A DNA stretch of 64,000 bases, from the NCBI GenBank assembly GCA_963732385.1, contig CAVSZB010000008.1, forward strand, positions 288,001-352,000. The letters are read 5' to 3'. The first letter of the stretch is position 1. The number at the start of each line of letters is the position of its first letter. This document shows positions 11,113 through 22,303 of the stretch, piece by piece. This DNA is from an uncultured bacterium. Its GTDB lineage: Bacteria > Krumholzibacteriota > Krumholzibacteriia > LZORAL124-64-63. Below the pieces are notes generated by a model. The model was not told where the DNA came from, made no database searches, and saw only the letters and a program-made list of their open reading frames with translations. The position numbers were made by a program, and so were the translations under genes.

Positions 11113-11649
11113 ATGACCGTTCTGTTTCAGCGCATGTTGCGCGCGGCGCGGCTCGAAACCGCGTTCTACGAAGAGGTCGAGGCGGATCGGACCGCCCTGG
11201 GCCAGGCCATGCTGGTGGTCGGACTGTCCAGCCTGGCGGCCGGTCTTGGCGCCGGCGAGAACGGGGTGAAGGCGGTCGTGGCCGGCCTTGTCGGCGCCTG
11301 GCTCAGCTGGCTGCTGTGGGCCTGGCTCACCTGGTTCATCGGCACCAGGATCCTGCCCGAGGCGCAGACGGAGGCGGACCTCGGCCAGCTCCTGCGCACG
11401 ACCGGTTTCAGCGCGGCGCCCGGGCTGTTGCGCGTGTTCGCCTTCCTGCCGGTCGCGGGTCGGGCGATCACGGCGGTCGCCCAGGTCTGGATGCTCATCG
11501 CGATGATCGTGGCGGTGCGCCAGGCGCTCGACTACCGGGGCACCGGACGAGCGCTCGTGGTCTGCCTGCTGGGCTGGCTCATCTATGTGATCGTCGGCGT
11601 GATCATCGCCTTCGCGGTCATGGGGGGAAGGGGCGGGGTCGCCGTCTGA
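11113..11649 (+). CDS. YIP1-like membrane protein
   Basis: AGGAG RBS; RMLRAARL...FYEEVE.D, LLRTTGF..APG, AVRQALD; several hydrophobic helices. Confidence 0.75.
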   Translation: MTVLFQRMLRAARLETAFYEEVEADRTALGQAMLVVGLSSLAAGLGAGENGVKAVVAGLVGAWLSWLLWAWLTWFIGTRILPEAQTEADLGQLLRTTGFSAAPGLLRVFAFLPVAGRAITAVAQVWMLIAMIVAVRQALDYRGTGRALVVCLLGWLIYVIVGVIIAFAVMGGRGGVAV

Positions 11650-11695
11650 TCTCGCGTCGGCTCTCTCTTCACCGTTTTCCACCAGGAGTGCCGTC

Positions 11696-13036
11696 ATGAC
11701 CCTGCGCTGCCTGATCGCCGCCGGATGCGTTCTTCTCGGCCAACTGGCGGCCGGGGCGCCGGCCGCTGCCGTGCCGCTGGCGGTGGCGGCAGCGCCGGCG
11801 GAGCCGGCTCCGATTCACGCCCCGCGTCCCGGCGGCGCCGTCTACAAGCCGTCGTACAAGTATCCGGTGCTCGAGAAGATCGAGGCGCGCCGGGATTCCC
11901 TGCGCGCGCTCGTCGACTCGGCCCGCGCCCGCACCGACGCGCGGTACACCGCCGAGGCGGCGCGGCGGACCGCCGCGGGGGTGTCGCTGCGCGTCGACTG
12001 GAGCGCCGTCCGCAGGCCGGCCTCCCCGGAGGCGTTCGCGCCGGCGTTCCACTTTCCGCCGGTGCCGCAGTACGACACCGGCACCTGCTGGGCGTTCTGC
12101 TCGACCTCGTTCTTCGAGTCGGAGGTGGCGCGCCTGACCGGCCGGCGGATCAAGCTGTCGGAGATGTGGACCGTCTACTGGGAGTATGTGGAGAAGGCGC
12201 GCCGTTTCGTGCAGGAGCACGGACACTCGCCGCTCGCGGAGGGCTCGCAGGACCACGGCACACAGGAGGTGTACCGGCGCTACGGCGCCGTGCCGCTGAC
12301 GGCGTACCGCGGCGTGCTCGATCCCGACGGCTGGTACGATCATCCGCCGATGCAGCAGGAGATCGCCGCCTATCTGGAGTTCGTGCGGGAGCAGGACGCC
12401 TGGGACGAGGCCACGGTGCTCGCCGCCGTGCGCGACATTCTCGACCGTTACATGGGGCCCGTGCCCGCGACGTTCGAATTCGAGGGGCGGACCTACGCGC
12501 CGCCGGCCTTCCTCGCCGAAGTGCTGCGGCTGGACCCCGACGACTACGTCAACTGCGTCTCGACGCTGAAGCATCCGTTCCACACCCGCGTGCTGCTCGA
12601 TGTGGTGGACAACTGGCGCCGTCGCGATGACTACCTGAACCTGCCGCTGGACGAGTTCATGCGGGTCATCCGCGAGACCGTGCAGGCGGGCGGCACGGTG
12701 TCGATCGGCGGCGACGTGAGCGAGCCCGGCATGGACGGGATGGAGGACGCCGCCATCATCCCGGAGTGGGACATCCCCGCGAAGTACATCAACCAGGACA
12801 GCCGCGAGCTGCGCCTGGCCAACGGCACGACCGGCGACGACCACGGCGTGCATGTCGTCGGGTTCCTGCGCCACGGCGGACGCGACTGGTTCCTCATCAA
12901 GGACAGCAATGCCAGCAGCCGTCTCGGCCGTTTCAAAGGGTATTACTTCTACGACAGCGACTATGTCCGGCTGAAGATGCTCAGCTTCATGGTGCACCGC
13001 GACCGGCTGCGGGGCGTGTCGCCGCCGCAGCCGTGA
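11696..13036 (+). CDS. Secreted C1 family (papain/PepC-like) cysteine peptidase
   Basis: Signal peptide; Q..TGTCWAF catalytic Cys, DDHG.H.VG catalytic His, IKDS. Confidence 0.88.
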   Translation: MTLRCLIAAGCVLLGQLAAGAPAAAVPLAVAAAPAEPAPIHAPRPGGAVYKPSYKYPVLEKIEARRDSLRALVDSARARTDARYTAEAARRTAAGVSLRVDWSAVRRPASPEAFAPAFHFPPVPQYDTGTCWAFCSTSFFESEVARLTGRRIKLSEMWTVYWEYVEKARRFVQEHGHSPLAEGSQDHGTQEVYRRYGAVPLTAYRGVLDPDGWYDHPPMQQEIAAYLEFVREQDAWDEATVLAAVRDILDRYMGPVPATFEFEGRTYAPPAFLAEVLRLDPDDYVNCVSTLKHPFHTRVLLDVVDNWRRRDDYLNLPLDEFMRVIRETVQAGGTVSIGGDVSEPGMDGMEDAAIIPEWDIPAKYINQDSRELRLANGTTGDDHGVHVVGFLRHGGRDWFLIKDSNASSRLGRFKGYYFYDSDYVRLKMLSFMVHRDRLRGVSPPQP

Positions 13037-13094
13037 TCGGGCGGGTTCCGCCGGTCCGCTACCGGCGCCGGCCGCCGCCGAGCAGCGACCCCGT

Positions 13095-14615
13095 CTACGG
13101 CAGGTCCGCCCGCTTGAAAAGGTTGAGATAACGGCCGCCCGGCAGCTCCAGGTAGACCGGCACGTACTGGGACTGGAACACGGGGCTCTGGAAGATGTCC
13201 AGCTCGCGCGCGAAGGGGCGCATCGGCGCGGTGAGCGGCCGGTCGGTCACGTTTACGTTGCCGAGCAGCAGGTAGTCCGGGCGGCGCGACAGGATGTAGG
13301 CGCCGTCGTGCTTTTCGTGGCCGGCGTAGCCCTGCGTGAAGGCCATGCGGCGGTGGGCGATGTGACGGTCGGTCAGGCCGAGGATGTCATACGTGACGAA
13401 CCCGGTGCGCCAGGGGATGTAGCCGACCGGCGACAGGGCGATGGTGGCGTCCGGCGGCAGGGCCTGCGCCAGCCCTGCGGCGGCGAGTTTCCAGCCGCCG
13501 AGATTGCGCAGGCTCAGGTGCGCGTCGATGAGCCGGCGCTCCCGGCCGGCGAACGAGGGGACCAGCGAGGCGGCGGCCAGCAGCGCCACCAGCGCGAGCG
13601 CGCGCCGGGGGCGCGGGACCGGGGCGGACACGAGGACGGCGGTGCCGCAGGCGATGCTGACCGGCAGGATCGGGACGAAGAAACGGAACATGCCGAGCAT
13701 GTCGCCGCCGATCGCCGTCACGTAGAGGAGCCAGCCCGACAGCAGCAGCAGCGAACGGCGCCACTCCACGGTTCGCCAGGCGCCGGTCCAGCCGCCGGGG
13801 GCGGCCAGCGGAAGCAGCGCCCAGGGCAGCAGGAACGCCGGCAGGAAGGCGGCGGTGTAGGGAAGGCCGGTGCGCAGCTGCCCGCCGAGGTCGCCGGTCT
13901 TGGCGTACCAGGTGTTCGGCAGCCAGGCGCCGTAGAACGCGTGGCGCCAGACCAGGTGCGCCGCGACGCCGGCGACCACGATCGCCGGAGCGAGCCAGCG
14001 GCGTCGGCCGCCGGCCGGGGCCAGCCCCGCCCACGCCGCGAAGGCGAGGCCGAGGGCCACCCCTTCCGGCCGGGTCAGCGCCAGCAGCAGGGCGCAGGCT
14101 CCGGCCGTGACGGCGCGCCGATCGAGCGCGGCGCGCCAGGCGAGCAGCAGGAGCAGGGTGAACAGCGGCGTTTCCAGACCGGCCAGGCTCCAGCAGGCGA
14201 CCGGGCCGCAGGCGGCCAGCAGGAAAGACGCGGCCCAGGCCGCGCGCGCCGGAGGAACTCCGGCGACGGGCCGGGCGGGCGACCGCCCGGCCGTCGCCAG
14301 TCTCAGCGCGAGTCCCGGCAGCAGCAGCGCCGTGGCGGCGGCCGCGGCGAAGCCCAGGAGGCGCGCCCACAGCAGCGGGTCGAGGCCGGCCGCCATGCCG
14401 GCGGCCGACAGCAGGACCCAGAGCAGGTTCGAGTATCCCTCCACGGGATCGCCGGGATTGAAGACGAGCCCGTGCCCGTCCAGCAGATTGTGAGCATAGC
14501 GGAACGAGATGTACGCGTCGTCCACCGCGAAATGGAACGTCAACGCGTGCGCCAGCAGCAGCGCTATCGCCAGAGCTGCCGGCCAGATCGGCGCGGATGG
14601 CGCCGGTCGTTTCAT
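13095..14615 (-). CDS. Integral membrane GT-C-like glycosyltransferase
   Basis: [38 protein letters not shown] motifs; many TM segments. Confidence 0.7.
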   Translation of the reverse strand: MKRPAPSAPIWPAALAIALLLAHALTFHFAVDDAYISFRYAHNLLDGHGLVFNPGDPVEGYSNLLWVLLSAAGMAAGLDPLLWARLLGFAAAAATALLLPGLALRLATAGRSPARPVAGVPPARAAWAASFLLAACGPVACWSLAGLETPLFTLLLLLAWRAALDRRAVTAGACALLLALTRPEGVALGLAFAAWAGLAPAGGRRRWLAPAIVVAGVAAHLVWRHAFYGAWLPNTWYAKTGDLGGQLRTGLPYTAAFLPAFLLPWALLPLAAPGGWTGAWRTVEWRRSLLLLSGWLLYVTAIGGDMLGMFRFFVPILPVSIACGTAVLVSAPVPRPRRALALVALLAAASLVPSFAGRERRLIDAHLSLRNLGGWKLAAAGLAQALPPDATIALSPVGYIPWRTGFVTYDILGLTDRHIAHRRMAFTQGYAGHEKHDGAYILSRRPDYLLLGNVNVTDRPLTAPMRPFARELDIFQSPVFQSQYVPVYLELPGGRYLNLFKRADLP

Positions 14616-15769
14616 GCGAGCGGCGTCTCCCAGAACTCCGGCACGATGCCGCGGCGGCGCAGCTCCTCCAGCAGCGGCTCCATCGGCACCACCAGCTCCT
14701 GGGAATGGGCGCCCGGCACCTTCATGACGCCCGCCGCGAGCATCCTGGCAATGATGGCTGTCGGGTAGCCGGTCATGCGCATCATCGCCGAGATGTTGTT
14801 GTCCGCGTCGTGGCGGTCCACGATGCGCACGCTCCGGCGCAGGGCGCGTCCGCCGCTCGTGCCGTCACATTCGGCGAGCAGCAGCACGAGGTCCTGGTCA
14901 TCGACGCTCAGGACGCGGGTCAGCATGGTGGCGAGGAAGTCGCACGGGCGCACTTCGTGGCCGTCGATGGTCACCGGAGCGCTGTCGGTGAGGCCGATCT
15001 GCACGAGCGTGCGGATCTTCTCCGCGTGGCCGCGGTAACGGATCGTCTTGTAGTCCATGTCCCGCACGCGACCTGCGAGCGTATACGGCAGCGTGGAGAT
15101 GCCGCCGGAGGTGTGGAACGCCTCGAAACGCCCCATCGGGACCGGGAACTCGATCTCTTCGACCTCGCTCAACGCCGGTACGAAGCGCATTTCGCCGCCA
15201 CGCACGCAGAGGCACGGCTCGATGTACTCGTTGATCAAACCGTGCACCGAAAAAACCAGCATATAGTCGAGCGGCGGACGGGGGTGCTGCGGCAGGCCGC
15301 CCACGCGCAGGCGCAGGCTGTCCACCCGGTCGAACTGCGTGTGCAGGTGATACCCGAGCAGACCGGCCAGGCCGGGGGCGAGTCCGCAGTCGGGGATGAT
15401 GGTCACGCCGCGCTCGCGCGCGCGCGCATCGAGGGCGAGCTGCTTCTCGACGACCTCGTAGTTGCCCCCGAGATCGACCATGTGCGTGCCGCAGGCGATG
15501 GCCAGCTCGGCAAGATCGACGTTGCACCAGTAGTTGACCGCGCTGATCAGGACATCGGCGGCGCGGGCGAGCGGCTCGAGCTTCGCGTGGTCGCGCACGT
15601 CTCCGGCGACGGTCTGCACCCGCGGATCGTCCAGCCGCGCGCGCAGCGCGGCCAGGCTGGCCTCGTCCTGGTCGTAGATCGTCAGGGCGGTCGTCCCCGC
15701 GGCGAGCCGCAACAGGTCGAAGGCGATGGCCGTTCCCTGCATCCCGGCGCCCAACAGCAGATACTTCAT
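14612..15769 (-). CDS. Saccharopine dehydrogenase family protein
   Basis: [41 protein letters not shown]. Confidence 0.9.
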   Translation of the reverse strand: MKYLLLGAGMQGTAIAFDLLRLAAGTTALTIYDQDEASLAALRARLDDPRVQTVAGDVRDHAKLEPLARAADVLISAVNYWCNVDLAELAIACGTHMVDLGGNYEVVEKQLALDARARERGVTIIPDCGLAPGLAGLLGYHLHTQFDRVDSLRLRVGGLPQHPRPPLDYMLVFSVHGLINEYIEPCLCVRGGEMRFVPALSEVEEIEFPVPMGRFEAFHTSGGISTLPYTLAGRVRDMDYKTIRYRGHAEKIRTLVQIGLTDSAPVTIDGHEVRPCDFLATMLTRVLSVDDQDLVLLLAECDGTSGGRALRRSVRIVDRHDADNNISAMMRMTGYPTAIIARMLAAGVMKVPGAHSQELVVPMEPLLEELRRRGIVPEFWETPLA

Positions 15770-16028
15770 CGTGTTCCTCCGGTGACGGAAACCTCTTCAG
15801 TCCTCCAGGCGGCGCAGGTGCGAAATCTACATGGTCGTTCCGGGGCGGGCAAGCGGCCGGGGCGGTTCGCCGACGGTCGGCGACCGGCCGCAGGACAGAC
15901 GCAGCGGTCCGCCGGCACCGCACATGGGGCCTTGTCCCGGGGGGCCGGCGCGGCTAGAATCCGTCCCGCCCGACCCGCGCCGGCCGGGGCGTATCCCGGA
16001 TCGAGGAGCAGCCTGCAAAGGAGCCGTC

Positions 16029-16919
16029 ATGGAGAGCAGGACCCTGCAGAAGAACCTTCTGGAACTGATCCGCCGCACCTCCGCCGAGCTGCCGGCCGAC
16101 GTGGAGCGCGCCATCGCGAAGGGGTGGCGCCGGGAGGCCGCGGGGTCGAACGCGAAGTACGCACTCAAGGTCGTGCTCGATAACATCAGGCTGGCGAAGG
16201 CGAAGTCGCTGCCGATCTGCCAGGACACCGGCACGATCATCTGCTACGCCGAACTCCCGTCGTGGCTGCCGCAGGCGACATTCACGCGCGTCTTCGACGC
16301 TGCGGTGGCGAAGGCGACGGCCGTCGGGTACCTGCGCCAGAACTCGGTCGACTCGCTCACCGGGAAGAACTCGGGCAATAATCTCGGGCCGGGCAGCCCG
16401 GTCTACCATTTTGCGCCGGCGAAGGGCAGGGCCCTGACCGCGCGGCTGATCCTCAAGGGGGGAGGCTGCGAGAACGTCGGCATCCAGTACAGCCTGCCCG
16501 ACGGCCGCGTCGGCGCCGGACGCGACCTCGCGGGCGTGCGCCTCTGCCTGCTCGACGCCGTTCATCAGGCCCAGGGGAAGGGATGCGGCCCGGGAGTGCT
16601 GGGGGTCTGTATCGGCGGCGACCGGGGCAGCGGCTATGTCGCCTCGAAGGAGGTGCTGTTCCGCGCGCTCGACGACCGGAACCCCGATCCGCGCCTGGCG
16701 AAACTCGAGCAGCAGATCACGAAGGAAGCCAACGAACTGGGCATCGGCCCGATGGGCTTCGGCGGCGCCACCACACTGATCGGTTGCAAGATCACGCATC
16801 GCAACCGGCTGCCGGCGTCGTTCTTCGTCTCGGTGTCCTACATGTGCTGGGCCTACCGTCGCAACGGATTCGTGCTGGGCGAGTCGGGCCGGATCTCGCG
16901 CTGGCTCTACGACAGCTGA
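16029..16919 (+). CDS. Fe-S hydro-lyase (class I fumarate hydratase / tartrate dehydratase) alpha subunit
   Basis: PICQDTG, KGGGCEN, GIGPMGFGG, CWAYRR; AAGGAG RBS. Confidence 0.92.
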   Translation: MESRTLQKNLLELIRRTSAELPADVERAIAKGWRREAAGSNAKYALKVVLDNIRLAKAKSLPICQDTGTIICYAELPSWLPQATFTRVFDAAVAKATAVGYLRQNSVDSLTGKNSGNNLGPGSPVYHFAPAKGRALTARLILKGGGCENVGIQYSLPDGRVGAGRDLAGVRLCLLDAVHQAQGKGCGPGVLGVCIGGDRGSGYVASKEVLFRALDDRNPDPRLAKLEQQITKEANELGIGPMGFGGATTLIGCKITHRNRLPASFFVSVSYMCWAYRRNGFVLGESGRISRWLYDS

Positions 16920-16946
16920 GCCGCCGCGCGCCAAAAGGAGACGACC

Positions 16947-17519
<573 letters not shown>

Positions 17520-17523
17520 AGGC

Positions 17524-18828
17524 GTGACGAACGGTGCGCGCGGTTCGGTTCCGGGCGGGGAGGCGAGTATCGCCTCGCTGCTCGGCGTTTTGTGGCGTCG
17601 GCGGGCCATCGTGGTCGGGTTGACCGCAGCCGGCCTCGTGGCCGGGCTGGCCTACATCCTGGTCGTCGCTCCCCTGTATCGCGCCACGGCGTCGGTGCGA
17701 CCCGGCATCATGGCGTTCACCGAACGGGGCGACCCGGTGCGCGAATGGAAGCTCAAGGATGTTACCTACTGGTTCAGCCGGAAGATGTACGCCGATGCCC
17801 TGCGCGCGGAGTTCGGCTGGCCGCAGCGGCAGCCCGCCCCGGTGATCAGGGCCGAGTTCATACCGCGCGGATCGCAGAATATCCAGGGCGGTGACGTGAT
17901 CACCCTGCAGACACTCGACAACGACCCGCAGCGCGCCCTGCGCATTCTCGACGGCGCCATCGAGGCCTTCAACGCCTATGCGGCGGCCGACACGATGGTC
18001 AGCGGACTCGCGCTGACGCGCGCCGGCCTCGATGTGCAGATCGCCAACCTGCGCAACGAAAAGAACAAGCTGCTCACCAGGAAGGAGCGCCTGGCGCTGA
18101 CCATCGCGGACGCGGAGCAGGACCTGGCGGTGGTCGGGGCGAACCGCCAGCGCATCGATCTCGAGCTGGAGAAGATCGCGGCCGCGAACCGCCTGCGGGA
18201 AAGTCTGCTCGCAACTGCCCAGGAGCAGACCGACGCGACGGTGCGCAGTCGCGAAGAACTCGAACAGGCGCTGCGGCGGTTGACGCTCGAAGCGGATCGT
18301 TCGGCCCAGCCGGCCGATTCCCTGGCCGCGGCGCTCGAACTGCCGGGGCTCACGCCGTGGCTGCTCGGGAGCCTGCGCCGCGGCGACGCGGCCGGCAACG
18401 CGCTGGCGTTGCGGCGCTTCGAACAGCGCAACCGGGCCCTGGTCGACAGCCTGCGCTACGAGATCGATCTCGCGCATGGCGCGGTCACCGACCTGCATCT
18501 CAAACGCGATGTCGACCTCGAGCGGGCCCGGGTCGGCGCGGTCGGACGCATCGGCGATCTCAGACTGCAGCAGGAGCAGGAGGTGGCGACCGAGCTGATG
18601 ACCATCGATCAGGCCATCCGCGGCAAGCGGGCGCAACTCTCGGTGTTGTCGCCCCTGGAGCGGATCGGAAGCACGCAGGTCACCGCCCGCCCGGTGCGGC
18701 CGCGCCGGCTGCGGGCCGTGATGCTGCTGACTTTGGCCGGCGGTTTCGCCTCCCTGGCGATCGCGCTGGGCTGGGACTACCTGGCCGCCCACCGGGACGA
18801 GATCCTGCGTGGCGACCGCGGTGCCTGA
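17524..18828 (+). CDS. Wzz/GumC-like polysaccharide chain-length determinant
   Basis: N-terminal LWRRR + TM + P.Y.ATA, long coiled coil, C-terminal PVRPRR + TM. Confidence 0.75.
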   Translation: MTNGARGSVPGGEASIASLLGVLWRRRAIVVGLTAAGLVAGLAYILVVAPLYRATASVRPGIMAFTERGDPVREWKLKDVTYWFSRKMYADALRAEFGWPQRQPAPVIRAEFIPRGSQNIQGGDVITLQTLDNDPQRALRILDGAIEAFNAYAAADTMVSGLALTRAGLDVQIANLRNEKNKLLTRKERLALTIADAEQDLAVVGANRQRIDLELEKIAAANRLRESLLATAQEQTDATVRSREELEQALRRLTLEADRSAQPADSLAAALELPGLTPWLLGSLRRGDAAGNALALRRFEQRNRALVDSLRYEIDLAHGAVTDLHLKRDVDLERARVGAVGRIGDLRLQQEQEVATELMTIDQAIRGKRAQLSVLSPLERIGSTQVTARPVRPRRLRAVMLLTLAGGFASLAIALGWDYLAAHRDEILRGDRGA

Positions 18829-20278
18829 CCGCCGGCCCGCCATGCGCGGCAGGAGCGGAATGCTGCGGAACCTGGGCATCCTGACCGGAGCCCAGGTGGC
18901 CACCCAGCTGCTCAATGTCGTGGCGCTCGTCTATTTGGCGCGACGGGTCGGCGCCCACTGGTTCGGCGTGCTGCAGGTCGGCGTGGCGGTGATGGCCTAC
19001 GCCCTGATCATCGCCGAGTGGGGGCTCTTCTCGAGCGGCGTGCGCGCCGTGGCGCGGCTCGATCACCCCGCCGACGTGCGTCTCTACGCGCGCCGGCATG
19101 CCGGTCTGATGGGGATGCTCGCCTGCGTCGTGCTGGCCGCCGGCTCGCTCATCCTGCCCCGCCTGCCGTTCTTCCGCGAGGATCCCTGGATCTTCCTGCT
19201 CTATCTGCTCGCGGTCGTGCCACAGGTGCTGATGTTCGACTGGGTCGGCGTCGGCCTCGAACGGATGACCTGGCCCGCGCTGGCGAAGGTGGTGCGCAGC
19301 CTGGTGTACGCCGGGGCGGTGCTGCTTTTGCTGGCGCGGCTGGACGGCGTGCTGGGGTGGCCCGACCGGCGCTGGGTGCCGCTGCTGCTGCTGTTCTCGC
19401 TGACCGCCGGGAACCTCGTCATGGCCGTGCCGCTCGCGCGCTGGCTGGGCGGTCCGGTCTGGCCCGCGTTCGGTGGGATGGCCGACTGGCGCGCCCGGCT
19501 CGCCGTGGTGGCGCCGCTGGGCGGGGCGATCGTCGTCATGCGGATCCTGCTCAACGCCGACATCGTCGCGCTCGGCCTGCTCGCGCAGCCTGACGTGGCG
19601 GGCGGCTACGCGGCCGCCGCCAAGATCGTGTTCGTGCTGGTGACCGCCGTGGAGGTGCTCTGGAACGCGCTGCTGCCGCGCCTGTCACGGCTGTGGCGGG
19701 AGTCGCCGACCCGCTTCCAGGCGCGCCTGGCGCTCTACCTGGGGCTCGTGCTGGCGTTGTTCGCCCCGGCGGCGGCGGGCGGCGCGGCGCTGGGCGGATC
19801 GGTCGTGCGCGTCCTCTACGGCGCGCAGTTCCCGGCTGCCGGAATCGTCTTTCGCCTGCTGAGCGTCTCCTATGTGGTGCTGGCGGTCGGGCAGTTTCTC
19901 GGCCAGGCGCTCGTGGCGTGCGACCGGCAACGCGCGGCCTTCCCGCCCGTGGCGGCGGGCGCCGTGGTGGCGATCGCGATGGCGGCGCTGCTCATCCCGC
20001 GCGCCGGCGCGGCGGGAGCCGCCGTGGCGATGCTGCTCGCGCACGTGACGCTCCTGGCGGGGAGTTCCTGGGCCTGTCGCCGGTTGATCGGACGGCGGCT
20101 GGGCGAGGTGGCCTGCATCACGGTCATAGCGGCGGCGGCGATGGGGTTCGCCGTGGCGCGGGTGGGGACGGTCTGGCCGCTCGCGGCGGCGATCGTCGCC
20201 GGGATCGTCCTTTATGCCGCGCTGGCCGGCTGGCCGCTGTGGCGCTGGTACCGGCGGGCGCGGGCGGAAGCCGCTTGA
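18821..20278 (+). CDS. Wzx-like oligosaccharide flippase
   Basis: RNLG..GAQ, YLARRVG..FG, NAD...LG, G.YAAA.K, LLPRLS, LYG; many TM segments; start uncertain. Confidence 0.85.
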   Translation: MPDRRPAMRGRSGMLRNLGILTGAQVATQLLNVVALVYLARRVGAHWFGVLQVGVAVMAYALIIAEWGLFSSGVRAVARLDHPADVRLYARRHAGLMGMLACVVLAAGSLILPRLPFFREDPWIFLLYLLAVVPQVLMFDWVGVGLERMTWPALAKVVRSLVYAGAVLLLLARLDGVLGWPDRRWVPLLLLFSLTAGNLVMAVPLARWLGGPVWPAFGGMADWRARLAVVAPLGGAIVVMRILLNADIVALGLLAQPDVAGGYAAAAKIVFVLVTAVEVLWNALLPRLSRLWRESPTRFQARLALYLGLVLALFAPAAAGGAALGGSVVRVLYGAQFPAAGIVFRLLSVSYVVLAVGQFLGQALVACDRQRAAFPPVAAGAVVAIAMAALLIPRAGAAGAAVAMLLAHVTLLAGSSWACRRLIGRRLGEVACITVIAAAAMGFAVARVGTVWPLAAAIVAGIVLYAALAGWPLWRWYRRARAEAA

Positions 20279-20372
20279 CAAGGGGTGGGGCCCGGGCGGA
20301 TCTTGCCGCTTGCGCGCGCCGGCCCGCGCGGGGTCCGGCGGTCGTGTTTCCACCACTCAGCGGGGGTGTTCC

Positions 20373-21155
20373 ATGAAGCGATCCGAGTGGCGCGCCACGG
20401 TATTGTTGCTGTGCGCCGGCGCCCTTCTGGCCGGATGCCAGGGAGGCAAAAAGGTGTCGGACGAGCAGAAGGCAAAGGCCGCCGCCGGCGGTCTGCAGGT
20501 GCAGGACCTGACGCCGGGCGATGGCGTTGAGGCGAAGCCGGGCGATTTTCTCGTCGTGGACTACACCGGCTGGCTGACGGTAAACGGCAAGCAGGGGGAG
20601 AAGTTCGACAGTTCGCTCGACCGCGGCGTGCCGTTCACGGTCCGGCTCGGCTACGGCCGCGTGATCGCCGGCTGGGATCAGGGACTGATCGGCATGAAGG
20701 TGGGCGGCACCCGGCGGCTGGTCATCCCGCCTGAACTGGGTTATGGCGCCGTCCAGTCCGGTCCGATCCCGCCCAATTCGACCCTGATGTTCGACGTGAT
20801 CCTGCGTGACATTCCGCGCGTGCAGGTGCGCGATCTCGTCGCCGGCAGCGGCCCGCAGGCGCTCGAGGGCGATGCGTGCGATTTCAACTATACCGGTTGG
20901 TTGTACGAGGACGGGGCGCGCGGCAGGCAGTTCGACAGCTCCGTCGGCGGCAAACCGTTCCAGGTCACCCTGGGCGCGGGCCAGGTCATCCCCGGCTGGG
21001 ATATCGGCCTGGTCGGCATGAAGGTTGGCGGCAGGCGCGAGCTGATCATCCCGCCTGAACTGGCCTACGCCAAGCGGGGCGCCGGCAACGTGATCCCGCC
21101 CGACGCCACGCTGGTGTTCGAGGTCGAGTTGATGAGTGTGGCGGGCAAACAGTAG
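20373..21155 (+). CDS. Lipoprotein with tandem FKBP peptidyl-prolyl isomerase domains
   Basis: Lipobox LAGC; two copies of YTGWL...FDSS...VI.GWD.GL.GMKVGG.R.L.IPPEL.Y. Confidence 0.93.
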   Translation: MKRSEWRATVLLLCAGALLAGCQGGKKVSDEQKAKAAAGGLQVQDLTPGDGVEAKPGDFLVVDYTGWLTVNGKQGEKFDSSLDRGVPFTVRLGYGRVIAGWDQGLIGMKVGGTRRLVIPPELGYGAVQSGPIPPNSTLMFDVILRDIPRVQVRDLVAGSGPQALEGDACDFNYTGWLYEDGARGRQFDSSVGGKPFQVTLGAGQVIPGWDIGLVGMKVGGRRELIIPPELAYAKRGAGNVIPPDATLVFEVELMSVAGKQ

Positions 21156-21333
21156 TCCGCGCAGTGCCGCGCCGTTTCACGCGCCGGGCGGTCCAGCGGG
21201 GCCACCCGGCGCTTCTACCGGGACAGCCGCGCTCCGCGCGGTCCCGACGGGGTCGGGGGCGTTTCAAGGGCGGCGCCGGTTCGGCAGAGGTTCCGGACCG
21301 CCGGGGAGTGGCGGGATACCTCGTTGATTGAGC

Positions 21334-21362
21334 TTGACAATTACTCCACGGGGCGTATCAAT
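21334..21362 (+). promoter_or_regulatory. Candidate sigma70 promoter for the lipoprotein/LDT cluster
   Basis: TTGACA at 21334 followed 16 nt later by TATCAAT. Confidence 0.45.
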
Positions 21363-21372
21363 TCGCCGTGAA

Positions 21373-21479
21373 TGTGAGGTGGAACTCCCGGCCGAACCTG
21401 TCGCATCCGGCCTCCCGGCCCGGGCGCTGGCGGTCCTTACGAGTGGGGTCGTGAGACCGGAGCCGACGGAGTGATCACA
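21373..21479 (+). ncRNA. Candidate structured leader RNA (family unknown)
   Basis: Nested complementary segments TGTGA/TCACA, ACTCC/GGAGT, GTCG/CGAC, TCCGG/CCGGA, CTC/GAG, CGGCCC/GGGTCG. Confidence 0.35.
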
Positions 21480-21606
21480 AATCCCAATGGACATTCCCGC
21501 TGGAGTGCGTAGGGTCTGGACGTGAGCGGTGCGCGCTTTCGACAGCTCCTCTTCTCTTGAGGGGAAGGAAACCGTCAGGTAGGGTGTGTAAGAAAGGAGT
21601 TCCGAG

Positions 21607-22212
21607 ATGTCGTCGAAGCGTATGTTGGTGATGGTTCTCGTCGTGATGGCCTTGCCGCTGATCTGGGGCTGTTCGAAGCCGCCGGAGCTTGAGTTGCAGA
21701 AGGCCAACACCTCCATCCAGGCGGCCATGACCGCCGAGGCCGAGGAGTATGCCGCTCAGTCCCTGACCGTCGCGCGGGATACCCTCAATTCCGCCATGGC
21801 CATGAAGGAGGAGCAGGACGGCAAGTTCGCCCTGTTCCGCAGCTATGGCAAGGCGAAGGCCCAGTTCGTCCGCGCCGAAGCGCTGGCCCAGAAGGCAGCC
21901 ACGGACGCCGCCGCCGAGAAGGAACGCGTGCGTCAGGAAGTCGCGGACATGCTGACCCAGACCCGGGCCGCTCTCGACGCCGCCAAGGTCGCGCTTGACG
22001 CGGCTCCGGTGGGCAAGGGCAACAAGGCGGATATCGCGCTCATTACGAACGATCTGCTGACCATCAACGCCGCCTTCGACGAGGCCCGCGCCGAATTCGA
22101 CGGTGGCCGGTTCAAGTCGGCGAAAGCCAAGGTCGAGGCTGTCATGGCGCGTGCCACCACGATTTCGTCAGAGATCGCCATCGCCGGGGCGAAGAAGGCC
22201 GGCCGCCGCTAG
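21607..22212 (+). CDS. Alanine-rich helical lipoprotein (DUF4398-like)
   Basis: AAGGAG RBS; lipobox IWGC; P..EL..A...I.AA..A.AEEYA pattern. Confidence 0.8.
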   Translation: MSSKRMLVMVLVVMALPLIWGCSKPPELELQKANTSIQAAMTAEAEEYAAQSLTVARDTLNSAMAMKEEQDGKFALFRSYGKAKAQFVRAEALAQKAATDAAAEKERVRQEVADMLTQTRAALDAAKVALDAAPVGKGNKADIALITNDLLTINAAFDEARAEFDGGRFKSAKAKVEAVMARATTISSEIAIAGAKKAGRR

Positions 22213-22243
22213 AGGCCAGCGCCTTCGATTCCGATTGGGTACC

Positions 22244-22279
22244 GGAGGGGGGGCGCCGCTGGCGGTGTCCCCCCTCTTC
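22244..22279 (+). terminator. Terminator-like or stabilising hairpin after the lipoprotein gene
   Basis: About 15-bp stem GGAGGGGGGGCGCCG / CGGTGTCCCCCCTCT with a short T tail. Confidence 0.5.
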
Positions 22280-22303
22280 ACCAGGAACCGGCCAGGCCGG
22301 GCG

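Noticed and set aside
14612..15769. Alpha-aminoadipate lysine pathway together with the LeuC-LeuD fusion
   Set aside because: The genes are over 30 kb apart and no other pathway genes are visible
21560..21585. SRP RNA or tRNA-Sec in the 21.3-21.6 kb gap
   Set aside because: GGAAGGAA and CCGTCAGG occur in the wrong order for SRP; no cloverleaf, T-loop or UCA anticodon arm seen
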